Shown here piece by piece: positions 11,001 to 20,007 of a stretch of DNA of 39,734 bases; the stretch's first letter is position 1, and each line of letters starts with the position of its first letter. The stretch comes from a virus (taxonomy: Duplodnaviria > Caudoviricetes): IMG/VR virus record IMGVR_UViG_3300032254_000013, positions 1-39,734 of that record; one strand, 5' to 3'. The notes below the pieces were generated by a model that saw only the letters and a program-made list of their open reading frames with translations, was not told the DNA's origin and did no database searches. Both the position numbers and the translations under genes were made by a program.

Positions 11001-13630
11001 TCTTCTCGCGTATTAAAATAACGTTTTTTATAATTTGAACGAAGGTGTTCACTTTTACGTTTATCGTAAACCGTAAACTTACCTTTGTTACCTGTGTCTG
11101 ATAGTTCGCCATTAACCGCTGTTTCCATTAACGATGCTTCGGCTGCAACCTCACTAACATCATATCGACGTTGCCAACCTTTACGGGGGTCTTTAACTGT
11201 GCGACCTGCCCCCGTACCTTTGCGCGATGTATCTTTACGCGCACCGCCAAGCTTTTCACCAAAGTCTTGGATTTTAGAATCTTTATTGTTGGTATCAGGC
11301 GCAGCACTTTCCCGACTGGACGCAACACCAGTATCACTCGGTTCCGATGTGCCGAGGGCTTGGCTTTCAGCTACGGGTAAAGTGCTGCTTTCTTCCTGAT
11401 TGTTTTGCTCTCTAAGTTTTTGCGTTGCCCATGACATTAAGGCCACATATCCGCGTTCTGTACCTTCGAGGTGTTCAATTTTACCAGGCAAGTCTTTGCC
11501 TAGTGCATCAGCGAGCTCTTCCCACGTTTTACCAATTGTTTTTTCACCAGTTTGGCCATTGAAGGCAATAACACTGCCCGGCTCCCAACCAGAAAGAGAG
11601 TTTAAGTTTTTTTCAAACTTAGTTTTCATTTTATTATTTAAGTTTGGATATACGTCAACCCAGAATTCTTTTGACACTGACTCTGGTGAAGCGCCTTCTT
11701 CCTCCAAATTAAATAGAATATCTTGCCCTTGCTCTTCCATTAAAATGCGTTTTGCTGTTTTATCTAAAAACGATTCGAACTTATCTTTATTTTTATTACC
11801 CGATGTTCTCTCATTTGGTAACGAGGATGATTCAAAATCCAAATTGTCCTGCTTAGCAATTTTGTGTACTGCGTTAGTTTCTTTTTCTTTATCATTTTTA
11901 TTAACATCATGCCCAAACTCAACGGCCCATTTTTTCACCTGGGTGGATTTGTTATAAGCTTCTCGATCGCCCGATTCTTCGCTATAGGCAACTTCATCAG
12001 CCAGCGCTTTAATGTCACTTAGCTTCGTATTTAATTCTTCAGTGTTTTCATACCCGTTTTGCTGTAACTCAGATTGCAGTTTCAGTAATTCAGGGAGCTT
12101 AGACGGCTTCTGCTGTATTTCTGGTTCTTTCTGTTCTGTATTTTGCCGTACTACGGCAGTTTCGGCAGGTTTTGCCATTTCTTCTGGCTTGCTTGTCTCG
12201 TTATCTTGCTTAGTTTGTTTCTGCTGCTTAAAGAGCTCGACAACATTTGACGCCATGTTGTTATTTGCATACGGGCTTTGTTGTTGTGGTTGCTTAACGG
12301 AAGCTTTTAAAATATTCGCAATTTGTTCTGCTGGGGATTCATCAACTTTTGATACAGGTTTATCAGATTTCTGATTATCGATAGACTTATTATCGTTGCT
12401 TGAAGTGTTACCGCCTAATGCGCCACCCACAATTGAGCCAATTAATGCTGACTTACCTACGCCTTCATCCCAATCTTTACCGGTAGCAACATTGCTAATA
12501 GCTTGTTGAGGCGCTTCTTGTAAAACACCTTCATTAACCGCAGAAAGAGAACGACGAGCAGCTTGGCCACCGTTTTCATTAAACAAACCATACTTGTTAG
12601 TGACAGAAACTAACGCTGCATTTTGCCAAAAAACATTATCCGCTTTTTGTGCTGCTTCTTTGTGACTTAAACCTTGATCTCGTAGTTCAGTATAAACCGC
12701 GCCAGATTCAGTTGCCGCTTCCATTCCAGCTGAAGCACCCGAACCTAACCATGCCGCCATACGCGGTGAAACTTTAGAGACAGCTTGAGCCCCCTTCATT
12801 ATTCCTAAGCCGGGAACAAAGAATGTTCCTGTTGAACCAAAGCCAGCCGCTAACTCATCAAGAAACTTTGGATCTGCAGCCATTAATTCGCGTGCTTTAC
12901 CAGACATAATATCTTGAGCAACCCGCATGCCATTACTGTCTGTCATGCGAGAAACAAAACCCAACATACCTTCTGCAGTAGAAACACCACCTGAAGCAAC
13001 ATCTTTTAAGCCGCGAGTTAACACCCCTTCAGCTGGTCCAGCACTTTCAATGTACTCTCTTCCTGTTGTTCCTTTAGGTGCATTCATTTCACCAATTGCT
13101 TTGACATTATCAACCGCATTACTCTCAGGCGTTACATCACCACGAGCACCAAACATACCTTCTAATGCTGTTCGTAATTCTGATTTAGGTTCGCTTGGAT
13201 ACATACCACCAGGCTTTCTTTTGCCTGGAGCAATCGCGTCATAATTTTCAATAAACTGATTTTCACGCCAACCCGGTTCAGCAATATCACGAAGAACATC
13301 TTCATTACCGCTTATGGTGGGAAATTGATCGCCTGTTTTAACTTCGGTACCGAGAACGTTTAACGTTTCGGGTTCTGGTGGTCGCTGATAGTCAACAACA
13401 CTTTGCTTGTTATCTACTAATGGATTTTGTATGCCTTGATTAACGACACCCTGAAACGCATTAACAATTTCATTAGCTGCATCTGATGCTGGAGCCTCAT
13501 AGCCAATGCTTTTACTAAACTCACCGTAATCTAAATCTGAGTAGTATTTATTATAAATACCGCGCGATAGTGACTCATCATCCATATCATCGTATTGCGG
13601 ATTTTTCTGGCGAAATTCAGTTAAGAGCAT
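5045..13630 (-). CDS. Large polyvalent virion or ejection protein (LPD1/zincin-like peptidase motifs, PLxRFG domain)
   Basis: 2861 aa; DFGEKLGGARKD, FGFRGVEFGKW, LAHEWMHALD (HExxH), YWS...ELMARAFE, second LAHEAVGH, YFPLARFG; last gene of the internal-virion cluster. Confidence 0.8.
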   Translation of the reverse strand: MLLTEFRQKNPQYDDMDDESLSRGIYNKYYSDLDYGEFSKSIGYEAPASDAANEIVNAFQGVVNQGIQNPLVDNKQSVVDYQRPPEPETLNVLGTEVKTGDQFPTISGNEDVLRDIAEPGWRENQFIENYDAIAPGKRKPGGMYPSEPKSELRTALEGMFGARGDVTPESNAVDNVKAIGEMNAPKGTTGREYIESAGPAEGVLTRGLKDVASGGVSTAEGMLGFVSRMTDSNGMRVAQDIMSGKARELMAADPKFLDELAAGFGSTGTFFVPGLGIMKGAQAVSKVSPRMAAWLGSGASAGMEAATESGAVYTELRDQGLSHKEAAQKADNVFWQNAALVSVTNKYGLFNENGGQAARRSLSAVNEGVLQEAPQQAISNVATGKDWDEGVGKSALIGSIVGGALGGNTSSNDNKSIDNQKSDKPVSKVDESPAEQIANILKASVKQPQQQSPYANNNMASNVVELFKQQKQTKQDNETSKPEEMAKPAETAVVRQNTEQKEPEIQQKPSKLPELLKLQSELQQNGYENTEELNTKLSDIKALADEVAYSEESGDREAYNKSTQVKKWAVEFGHDVNKNDKEKETNAVHKIAKQDNLDFESSSLPNERTSGNKNKDKFESFLDKTAKRILMEEQGQDILFNLEEEGASPESVSKEFWVDVYPNLNNKMKTKFEKNLNSLSGWEPGSVIAFNGQTGEKTIGKTWEELADALGKDLPGKIEHLEGTERGYVALMSWATQKLREQNNQEESSTLPVAESQALGTSEPSDTGVASSRESAAPDTNNKDSKIQDFGEKLGGARKDTSRKGTGAGRTVKDPRKGWQRRYDVSEVAAEASLMETAVNGELSDTGNKGKFTVYDKRKSEHLRSNYKKRYFNTREEAEEAIPLHEVSRNHRVQSADKKGEYEIVRIVTDRKRPVVKGGFESREEAMEYMAKNAVDIIETKTRFDDSIHPALKEAIRSGEARREDDANVGADDFNEIFGFRGVEFGKWNNSEERQHILNQAYDAFLDLAEMLNVPPKAISLNGDLGVGFGSRGHGLTGAKAHYEMNYGVINLTKIKGAGSLAHEWMHALDHYLGREGGKAKAERITKSNGDKVFDASKSPSGNFVSHGFGYQDKTREELKNAFDSVMDTITKRTQEYKEDVSSRERFENGRKEDLHKRLDKFRTDLETDYTGESYQPYRGKKNNAPATKEQLKEADKIIADIKAGEYGTEQWVQGKGYGGIHLFESVKKLSDLYKTTRGRQGYSKAQGRLQGVIVNIQAAISSEKTAAEYLAEAQKQKVKTRKVASEFYSEAYFMDKGSRANYWSTQHELMARAFESYIYDKLKTIDARNDFLSYEKHNDLPEYKMFNVKPYPEGKEREAINGKFKDLFEVFQTKETKNGTALFSKEKAEPKVDKEVVELWKQFVMDDEMFQQPKSNAKTIKEITAEISPDIQVENYDYGIKRAGLKHEWRLVMPDKSVAFVRENTDGTIELNVARLKSGSGRGTAIYNIVSTFAHNNGKVFIGDRDGLSEDAYFRRTENMLSSALKFGTTKHLRPHPKQKIDWIQGDHEGNMVRLMERSYTNITEAVPLIKDITYDFSENAFVHNGRRVDRLQFDTLAKSAPAKSGRAGIATLKRGALTSTFLQAKSGAERRGILAYLSRQLQDSRRLPGLKDILYSKDKPASSGFSVSEVEKIIAPVILKWGDKSPKVEVVQSISEIPEHILDAEAHGMEKVSAVHYGAEEQIYLVADKLKDKDHILSRLAHEAVGHHSFEQMMGDDLDQVLERVQWLKRSGDKKLTEISDEVFQRYGKLDKTTEAKEIVALVAEKGVSSPLLTKVVELLRKFLRKLGINLKWSKSELDALVVKAAKNLEVNRTKKEKAERKESYKHFSKEDNERYFSREPNEILDDIDEEAQNVPTWDKVKRSLGNSIDHLRPGALKMLTRRHLADIGSSILPTIKTYVLTAEKMDAFRNELVAESSEIAKGWTKWATQKENVKDADAMVNTMHAATIAGVDPAEPYSSIINLGAAKEDIAKQFRFAKSMPGEAGKYIEKVNEIRERVAFEKNREKAYPELKRQWDKLPPKAQEIYKEVRDHYVQRMDQTQQALMDKIDRAELSAKEKEQYKAEMRAQFESVRIEGPYFPLARFGDYWAKVLIPTEWQKKYSIRNKGFTAKDSEQGKWAVMLKETRNAIETFDSKEEAIKWAVEKSTDYEFYMFEKKGHRDNLVKKKENEGLKVKTGHKIDKNRQDAAVSEGFIANVLKVVDKLNLQSNSTHDEIYQLFLNTLPDVSMRKSFIHRQKKEGFTPDALRAFSHHNFHGAYQLSKLKFADVMQTQLENMEEQARDMTGDKADKAAQILNETKKRHDWAMNPMGAGWANNVTQFNFVWYLGATPAAAIVNMTQTAMVAFPSMGAKFGFTKAGKELLNASREFMGNRIEVKDGLFSIEGALKGDELKAYQWLVDTGIIDKTLAHDLAAMSETPSAIYSPKKDKVMGAVSYAFHHAERFNREVTSIATYRLARKKGLSHAVAMQEAYDMVDATHFNYSNANKAAFMQNDIAKVAFIFKQYSLNMIYLLARSTYQSVKGESAAVKKEARRKLGGILFMSYLFVGYNGMPWLPFGVIDLILEMIWDDEDEPFDIEAERRNNFTELLGSTWADVLAIGPVEALTGVGFSDRLALDSLWFRPSGRDLEAKEELQYQALSMLGPTLGILDSAARGVGLMKEGKVYRGIETMLPKSAKDVMKAVRIADEGATTLKGDPIVQDINAFEAFMQFIGFSVGRVNKQYDARSTIKNAENRIKDRRKLLMNKFATSINNGDAAWQKEILKEMAKFSKKNPTNAITVDSIERSLKMRARTSAMTKNGVYLRKNMQHLRNKGRFADE

Positions 13631-14631
13631 TAACGAATCCCCATAGGGTCATCGCTTTGCGAACCAGAAACATTTCCATTTCGCTTAAGAAAATCGATCG
13701 CTTTTAATGTGTTGCTTTCAGCCTGACGATCAATTTCATCTTCTGTCATATCTGGATTAAATAGTTTTATATTTTTGCGTGTCTTTGAATATTCTTCAAG
13801 CATGATATCGTTTAAGGATTTATTCTTTTTGCTTCGCGCCATCTCAATGGCTTTATCTTTTGTATAACCTTTTCCTATATAGAACTCGACCATCTTCGCT
13901 TCTGCAGGTAATTGACCGCCATCTGCTTTACTGCGAGCCAATACAGCATCCACTTTTGCTTTTGCATCGATATTTGCATTTTGAATAAACGGCTTTGTAT
14001 TTAAGTTTTCAGTATTACCATAAGGATTAAAGGCAATACCGCTACCCGTCACATCAACCGTTGGTTTGCCTGCTGTCGCAGCCATAGCGGGAGCCACCCT
14101 ATTAGGATCAAGACTGCCATTGATCATGTCATCTTGACGATTTAAGTTTGCACCAGAAATTAACGCATCCATAATTTGTTCAGCGTTTGATTTTCCTGTT
14201 CCCATCATATTGGCGCCACTGGTCATGCGTGCACGGTTATACTTATCGCTTACTTCTGGTGTAAGCCATTCAGGTTGAACATCGGTTGGTTGCAGCATGG
14301 TGGGCACTTCACCAGTTTGGGTTGGTGGGCCTTCTGCACGTTGTTGAGATTGATATTGACCAGACTTTTTAAAGGCATTTAATATTTCTAATTGTGGTTG
14401 AGATAACCCGGTTGCACCTTCCATGAATTGATTACGGCCAACATCCATATTCTCAAAACGCTGTTTGTTCAAATTAGCTTCAGACTTATATTTTTCAGCC
14501 TGGGCGGCTTTTGCCGCCATCCCCATTTTTGCGGCTAAGGTATCTGCAAAGCTTTTATTTTCAACCGAATTTCCACCCATTAATGACATCATCATCTTCT
14601 GGCCACCGGAACCTAGTCGTGTGTGTTGCAT
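13630..14631 (-). CDS. Putative DNA ejection / internal virion protein
   Basis: Position between ejection-like genes; G/Q/M/N-rich composition. Confidence 0.5.
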   Translation of the reverse strand: MQHTRLGSGGQKMMMSLMGGNSVENKSFADTLAAKMGMAAKAAQAEKYKSEANLNKQRFENMDVGRNQFMEGATGLSQPQLEILNAFKKSGQYQSQQRAEGPPTQTGEVPTMLQPTDVQPEWLTPEVSDKYNRARMTSGANMMGTGKSNAEQIMDALISGANLNRQDDMINGSLDPNRVAPAMAATAGKPTVDVTGSGIAFNPYGNTENLNTKPFIQNANIDAKAKVDAVLARSKADGGQLPAEAKMVEFYIGKGYTKDKAIEMARSKKNKSLNDIMLEEYSKTRKNIKLFNPDMTEDEIDRQAESNTLKAIDFLKRNGNVSGSQSDDPMGIR

Positions 14632-14644
14632 TTAATCTTCTCCT

Positions 14645-15295
14645 TTACCCTATTGCGCCGCCAAATGATGATGAACTTACCGCTGTTTTACCGGCAGTAC
14701 CTGCGGCTCCACCTGCACCACCATAAGCCATGGAAGCACCACGAAGCAGTCCAGAAATTAACTGCATGGAAGGATTGAGTTTTGATGCATTTTCAATATC
14801 GTAACCACTTGCTCGCGCCATATCGCTACGCTGCTGGGCTTGTGTACCCATAACTGTTGATGCCTTTGCATTTTCTTGCTGCTCATCATTTCGTAAAGTA
14901 GTGGGTGCACGAACCTTGCTGATCATCTTTGCTAAATCTGCCCCTGCTTTCGCACGTTTAATTGCACGCTCTGCCTTACTGTTGGTATAGGTATCACTCA
15001 CTTTACCTTGAGCAGCAACACTATTACTTGCTTGATTATCTCTTGCTGTGGTTAATGCATCTGTTAATGACTTTTCTGATTTGTCCTGATTCGTTTGTAA
15101 ATTTTCAATACGCGTATCAGGGTTATATTGTTCTAAATTTTTATCTGAAGCATTAATAATACTTTGGCTAAACTTATCATTACGGTTTTCAGACAAACCT
15201 ATTTCTTTGTTCATGCGGTCAGTTGCATCACTTTGGTTTTTATAATCGACCGCAGTACTTGCCGCCATTAAAGCTATTGCTGCTGGATTACACAT
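14645..15295 (-). CDS. Putative internal virion (ejection) protein
   Basis: MCNPAAIALMAA N-terminus, coiled-coil body and Gly/Ala-rich tail, typical of podovirus ejection proteins. Confidence 0.6.
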   Translation of the reverse strand: MCNPAAIALMAASTAVDYKNQSDATDRMNKEIGLSENRNDKFSQSIINASDKNLEQYNPDTRIENLQTNQDKSEKSLTDALTTARDNQASNSVAAQGKVSDTYTNSKAERAIKRAKAGADLAKMISKVRAPTTLRNDEQQENAKASTVMGTQAQQRSDMARASGYDIENASKLNPSMQLISGLLRGASMAYGGAGGAAGTAGKTAVSSSSFGGAIG

Positions 15296-16084
15296 TTAAT
15301 TTTTCACTCCTGAATAACTTTTATTTGAAGGATAATAAGTGCCGTAATAATCATTTGCACGTTGCGCACCTTGTTGCTTTAGTCTTTGGTTGTTTATATA
15401 AGCAGTATCGCCGAATACATTATCAAGTGACTGAGACAATGATTGGCGTCGAATATTTTCAGTATTATCTCTCATTGATTGTTGAGCTGAAGTGATTGCT
15501 GCATCACCCGACATACCTTGTAAAATTCGTTGAACCATATTCAATCGAGTTTTACTATCAGCATTACGCATATTTAGTGATGCATTTGATGCTTTGTTGC
15601 TTACATCTAAAACACCTTTATCATAATTTTCTTGCATAGTATCTTGCATATCGAGTTCAGAAGAACCGCCACGAATACCACGACGAGCAGCATTAAAGCG
15701 CCCATTTCTTTCTGCTACTTCATATTGATCATTTAAATCTTTAGTAAGAGACGCGCTAACATCATCACCCACACCTTGATAAATAGAATCAAGCTTTAAT
15801 TTGTTTGCTTCAGCTTCCGTATTGTTTGCGCCATTTTGGCCTGCCTCTGCTACGGCTTGATCATAAAGTGATTGGTTAAAGGTTCTCTCTGGTGGAGCAA
15901 AGGGGGCGGGGCGAACCATAGTGTAAAAACGATTGTCATTTCTATCCGGCAGCGGAGTAGCGTCTGCATTTGAACTAACACCAAATAATGAATTAATTCT
16001 TCCTACTGCTGCATCTTGTTTTTTTTGTCGTGCAGCTTCACGTTCAGCTGCTCCACCATCTCCACCACCGCCGCTGCCACACAT
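15296..16084 (-). CDS. Putative internal virion (ejection) protein
   Basis: MCGSGGGGDGG start; ARRGIRGGSS motif; position after the GNAT-like gene. Confidence 0.55.
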   Translation of the reverse strand: MCGSGGGGDGGAAEREAARQKKQDAAVGRINSLFGVSSNADATPLPDRNDNRFYTMVRPAPFAPPERTFNQSLYDQAVAEAGQNGANNTEAEANKLKLDSIYQGVGDDVSASLTKDLNDQYEVAERNGRFNAARRGIRGGSSELDMQDTMQENYDKGVLDVSNKASNASLNMRNADSKTRLNMVQRILQGMSGDAAITSAQQSMRDNTENIRRQSLSQSLDNVFGDTAYINNQRLKQQGAQRANDYYGTYYPSNKSYSGVKN

Positions 16085-16086
16085 AA

Positions 16087-16551
16087 TTATTTCCCCTTAA
16101 ACACGTCGAACAAAATAAAATCTTCACCCTCTTTACCCCATTGGGATAAAAGATTATTTGGCTGCATGCCAACAATCTCTAACCATTTATGTGATTGAGT
16201 ATGAAAAATAGCTGAGAAGGCTTGAATGCGATGCACATCGTCGCCTTCAAATATTGTTTTAATTGATTTTTTACAAAACCGGCTAACCTCTAAAGCAACC
16301 GTTAACCATTTGTCACTGCCCACCATCCATGCAGTACCAACACCCGGTGAATTAATGGCTACGCCCCCCATTACTACAGGTTCATCTTCTTTATTTACTG
16401 CAACCCATGCCAAGCCCGGGGCACGAAAACAATCAATAGCAAAACCTTCAACATCATCGTCCCATCGAGTGGCCATGACTTCACGGCGATCATTCTCACG
16501 CATGTTTCGTGCAACATGTAATGCATGACCTAACGTGAGCTTAGTGATCAC
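16087..16551 (-). CDS. GNAT-fold virion morphogenesis protein (T7 gp13-like)
   Basis: MRENDRREV, GVGTAWMVGS and SHKWLEIVG motifs; located just before the ejection proteins. Confidence 0.65.
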   Translation of the reverse strand: MITKLTLGHALHVARNMRENDRREVMATRWDDDVEGFAIDCFRAPGLAWVAVNKEDEPVVMGGVAINSPGVGTAWMVGSDKWLTVALEVSRFCKKSIKTIFEGDDVHRIQAFSAIFHTQSHKWLEIVGMQPNNLLSQWGKEGEDFILFDVFKGK

Positions 16552-17018
16552 ACGCTTTTACCTTCTTTACGAAGTTGCTTAATTAGATTTTCAAGTTGCG
16601 CTACTGCTGAGATTCCACTAATAGGGGCATCAAGACGTGTTAGATTATCCAGCAATGCTGCTCTTGCTGAAGATAACCTTGTTAACAATGTATCGATATC
16701 TGTTTTTAAATCTTGAAGTAATCCGTATCGTGCTTTTAAGGTAATGCTGCCACTGGTCCATGCTGTTACATTTCCACGTACATGCGTGTAAATACCGGTA
16801 TTAGAATAAAGGCCACCTACATCTGTAAAGGTGCTCAACGCATGCCAGGTGAAACCACCATCTATTGAACCTTCGATATCTACACTACCCACAAACGTGC
16901 CGCTCACTTCAAAACTATGTGCGCCGCCTAGATAACGAGGTAAAGCTGATAAATTAAACGCACTGCCAATGCCCGTTGCTACAACAGCATTAAGTAATGT
17001 TTGAATATTAGAACTCAC
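16548..17018 (-). CDS. Virion structural protein, beta-sandwich-like
   Basis: SGTFVGSVDIEGSIDGGFTW beta-rich motif; coupled within the tail module. Confidence 0.45.
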   Translation of the reverse strand: MSSNIQTLLNAVVATGIGSAFNLSALPRYLGGAHSFEVSGTFVGSVDIEGSIDGGFTWHALSTFTDVGGLYSNTGIYTHVRGNVTAWTSGSITLKARYGLLQDLKTDIDTLLTRLSSARAALLDNLTRLDAPISGISAVAQLENLIKQLRKEGKSV

Positions 17019-18400
17019 ATTTCACCTAAGACATCAAAATAAAAGGTAAGCGAATCAAGCTGGCTAATACCATTAGCACTATTAGCCGTTATAACGGGTG
17101 CAATCTGTGTAGACGTTAATCCAACAGGTATCATTGCGTTAACTTGAGAGTCGCCCGTTAAAGGAATTTTATCTGTGATTAGTGTGTTGTCATTTGGATC
17201 CCAACGAAATTGAATATCCATTGATCCTTCAACAATCGCATCCATTCCGGTAATGTGCTTTAGAACACCAGGTTGTTTGAAATTTAAGAACGGCATTTCA
17301 ATGGTTAACTCAAAATCATTACCGTAGTCGCCCGCGGTGGCGTCATTAAGTGAATATACTTCATCACCAATACGTACATATAACGTACCGTTTAATTCTG
17401 CAATAGCATCAAAGCCTGTTGGAAATTGATATTCAGACCATGCGCTCATTTTCATTGAGCGTGAGAACGTGTACACGAATACGCTGGTACCAATTACACA
17501 CCAATATTGACCACCGCCAGAATAATAAATTGATAGCGGCTCTATAGAATCGTTGATTACAGGCTTAACTACTTTATCGATAGGGCTACCAACATCCATA
17601 TCAGTCAGGTTGCCATCACGTGCAACGGTTATTGAACGAAATCCAAAATCACTTAAGAAATAAACATCATCTGAAAGCTGGCCAACACTACCCGGGAACT
17701 TTGTGCCAATACCTGTGATTGGTTTTTTAAATACATGTAATGCAGGATCAGGATCAGGAATCCATACTTGAGAGCTATTGGGGAAAAAAACTACTAAATC
17801 TTTATCACGTTGGCCAATTGCCTTTGCATTATTACCACCAGCTTGCTGTAAGCCTATCGGTAAGAAACCTGCATCATCGGGCAACGTCCAGTTACGCGGT
17901 AAGCCTGTTGCACTAAAAGGTGCTGTATCACCATTTAGTGCCCAAATTTTAGATGAGTTTTTTATCCAGCTTGCTGAATGTGGGCAATTTACATCTGCAA
18001 CGTGTGTGGGCGAACTACCATCAAGATAATGATGCCAAATAGAGCCATCAGCATATTCAACCGATAGATAAACATAACCATCAAACTCATCTGCATGGTG
18101 CACTTTTGAAACAAGTTGTGATGTTGTTGGATGAGCGACTACGTTTGCTTGAAACAAACTATTCGCATGCGTAATCGAACCCGACTCATAAAATGTGTTG
18201 AGCTTGTCATTAGCAGCGACTAAACCTTTGGTACCCGCCTCCAATGTTGCGACTGCAGTTAACCCGCCTCGCATACGAATGGCTTTACCTGTTGTTACAA
18301 AAGCATTCAGTAAATTACGAAGACGATTAGCATCTGAAACGGACTCGCCTTTTCTTAAATCAAAGCCACCATCAAAACGATCATAGGTAATCGATGGCAT
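17015..18400 (-). CDS. Tail nozzle / packaged-DNA stabilisation protein
   Basis: 461 aa, beta-rich, starts FDGG, MSAWSEY motif; follows the adaptor gene in podovirus order. Confidence 0.6.
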   Translation of the reverse strand: MPSITYDRFDGGFDLRKGESVSDANRLRNLLNAFVTTGKAIRMRGGLTAVATLEAGTKGLVAANDKLNTFYESGSITHANSLFQANVVAHPTTSQLVSKVHHADEFDGYVYLSVEYADGSIWHHYLDGSSPTHVADVNCPHSASWIKNSSKIWALNGDTAPFSATGLPRNWTLPDDAGFLPIGLQQAGGNNAKAIGQRDKDLVVFFPNSSQVWIPDPDPALHVFKKPITGIGTKFPGSVGQLSDDVYFLSDFGFRSITVARDGNLTDMDVGSPIDKVVKPVINDSIEPLSIYYSGGGQYWCVIGTSVFVYTFSRSMKMSAWSEYQFPTGFDAIAELNGTLYVRIGDEVYSLNDATAGDYGNDFELTIEMPFLNFKQPGVLKHITGMDAIVEGSMDIQFRWDPNDNTLITDKIPLTGDSQVNAMIPVGLTSTQIAPVITANSANGISQLDSLTFYFDVLGEM

Positions 18401-19059
18401 TATTCAACCACCACTGGTCGCGGCATTATTTCGCTATCATTTCTTTTGCTAATAAAATAACGCTTGTCGCCATGTACTTTGCTCTTCAACTTTCTCAGCA
18501 TAGTACTCACATCATCAACATAAGATTGTGCATCAGCATGTTTATAGTGAGCTTTAGCTTTTGCCAGGGCATAAGAAAAAACAAGATAGTCATCAACCGT
18601 GCAACGGTCATTATCTTGAGTGAAACGACCTAAGCGAGAATAATAATCACAACGCAAGGTATACGTTACATCTGGTTCAGGATAAATTTCTAGTTGAGCT
18701 TTACGATCATATCGCTGTGGATAAGTACGTGTTTCCACATCAGTATCATGGTAATACTCGACACCTTCTTTTAAAGGAAACCATTCCCCATTTTGAGAAA
18801 CACGTAAAACTGATGCTTGACGTGGATCCATATCATCTGGCCAGTCATATAATGTTTGACCTGCATTTAAGGTCCAGTCGTAAACCTTTTTTAATTCATT
18901 AAACGTGTAATGCCAGTAAAGAAACTCCTGCGCACGCCGCAAAAAAGAATCTGCTGCTGGAACCATGTTGCCAGCGGCAGCGCCCTGGGCTGCAAACCCA
19001 AGACGTACCAATAGCTCGGAACGTAATACTCCGAGCGTAGGTTTTACTGGTAATGCCAT
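18400..19059 (-). CDS. Head-tail adaptor protein
   Basis: GQTLYDWPDD and LEIYPEPD motifs; size and position typical of podovirus adaptors. Confidence 0.65.
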   Translation of the reverse strand: MALPVKPTLGVLRSELLVRLGFAAQGAAAGNMVPAADSFLRRAQEFLYWHYTFNELKKVYDWTLNAGQTLYDWPDDMDPRQASVLRVSQNGEWFPLKEGVEYYHDTDVETRTYPQRYDRKAQLEIYPEPDVTYTLRCDYYSRLGRFTQDNDRCTVDDYLVFSYALAKAKAHYKHADAQSYVDDVSTMLRKLKSKVHGDKRYFISKRNDSEIMPRPVVVE

Positions 19060-19979
19060 TAGTCGTTGCTACCTGTTTTAAGTGCAGCTTCATGCTCTTG
19101 CACTTTAGCCCAAAGTACTTCAACAGAATCGCCAGCACCATGATCAACATCGTAGATATCAAGCAAGTCTTCGAGCTCTTCAGTTAATAGCAATAATAAA
19201 TCTTGCTTTTTATCATTTGCTTTATAATTAACTTCCAACACATCAAGCTTGGCTTTAATTTCTTTAACAGTAATATCGCCATCACCGTCTTCATCGATAT
19301 TATCGTTCTTGCCGTTACCACCAATGGCTGACTTAACTGCATTCTTAATAGAGCTACCAACTGTGATACCAAGTACTGCTTTAGCAACTGCCATTAATAC
19401 TTTAATGTCATCGTTAGAACGATACTCAACACCTTTTTCATCCAGCTTTTCACAAATAAGCTCACGAAGCTGACTTTCAACTTTAGCAGGACGCTCACTT
19501 TCAACGTCAACATCAAAGTCTTCAAGCATATCGAGCATGGATTCAAGAGTTTCACTGTTGGTAATAGCGCCCATATCAGCAATTAATTCATCAACATCAA
19601 ACTCAGCCATACGACGTTTATCGTTTTGATAAACATAAACCACTGTTTCAGCATCAAAGTTAGGGTGCATGCCGTACTTCGACATTAAGCGACCCCACTC
19701 TTCATCGCGGTCGAGCTCTACTTCTTTACCGATACGAGCATAATCAAGAACATCTTTAGGAACATCGGTAATAATTTTTACAGAACCTTCGCCATGCTTA
19801 GCCTGTAAGCATGGAAGTTCATGTGCTAAAACTGTTGCAGGAACATGTTCATTCTCACCACGTTCAATTGTGACGTGGACATACGTGCTTGTAAATTTAC
19901 GAGCCATAATTAGTACCTTCTTTAAATAGTTAGGGGAAAATATATCCCGCGTAAGTACCGCGCCTGCCCCCACGGGCAA
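19059..19979 (-). CDS. Head-associated protein with HeH/LEM-like repeats (start likely at MARKF)
   Basis: ITVKEIKAKLDVLEVNYKANDKKQDLL plus related LD..GV.Y repeats; directly after the capsid gene. Confidence 0.5.
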   Translation of the reverse strand: MPVGAGAVLTRDIFSPNYLKKVLIMARKFTSTYVHVTIERGENEHVPATVLAHELPCLQAKHGEGSVKIITDVPKDVLDYARIGKEVELDRDEEWGRLMSKYGMHPNFDAETVVYVYQNDKRRMAEFDVDELIADMGAITNSETLESMLDMLEDFDVDVESERPAKVESQLRELICEKLDEKGVEYRSNDDIKVLMAVAKAVLGITVGSSIKNAVKSAIGGNGKNDNIDEDGDGDITVKEIKAKLDVLEVNYKANDKKQDLLLLLTEELEDLLDIYDVDHGAGDSVEVLWAKVQEHEAALKTGSND

Positions 19980-20007
19980 AGACAGGAACGTTCCCCAAGC
20001 GGATTGA

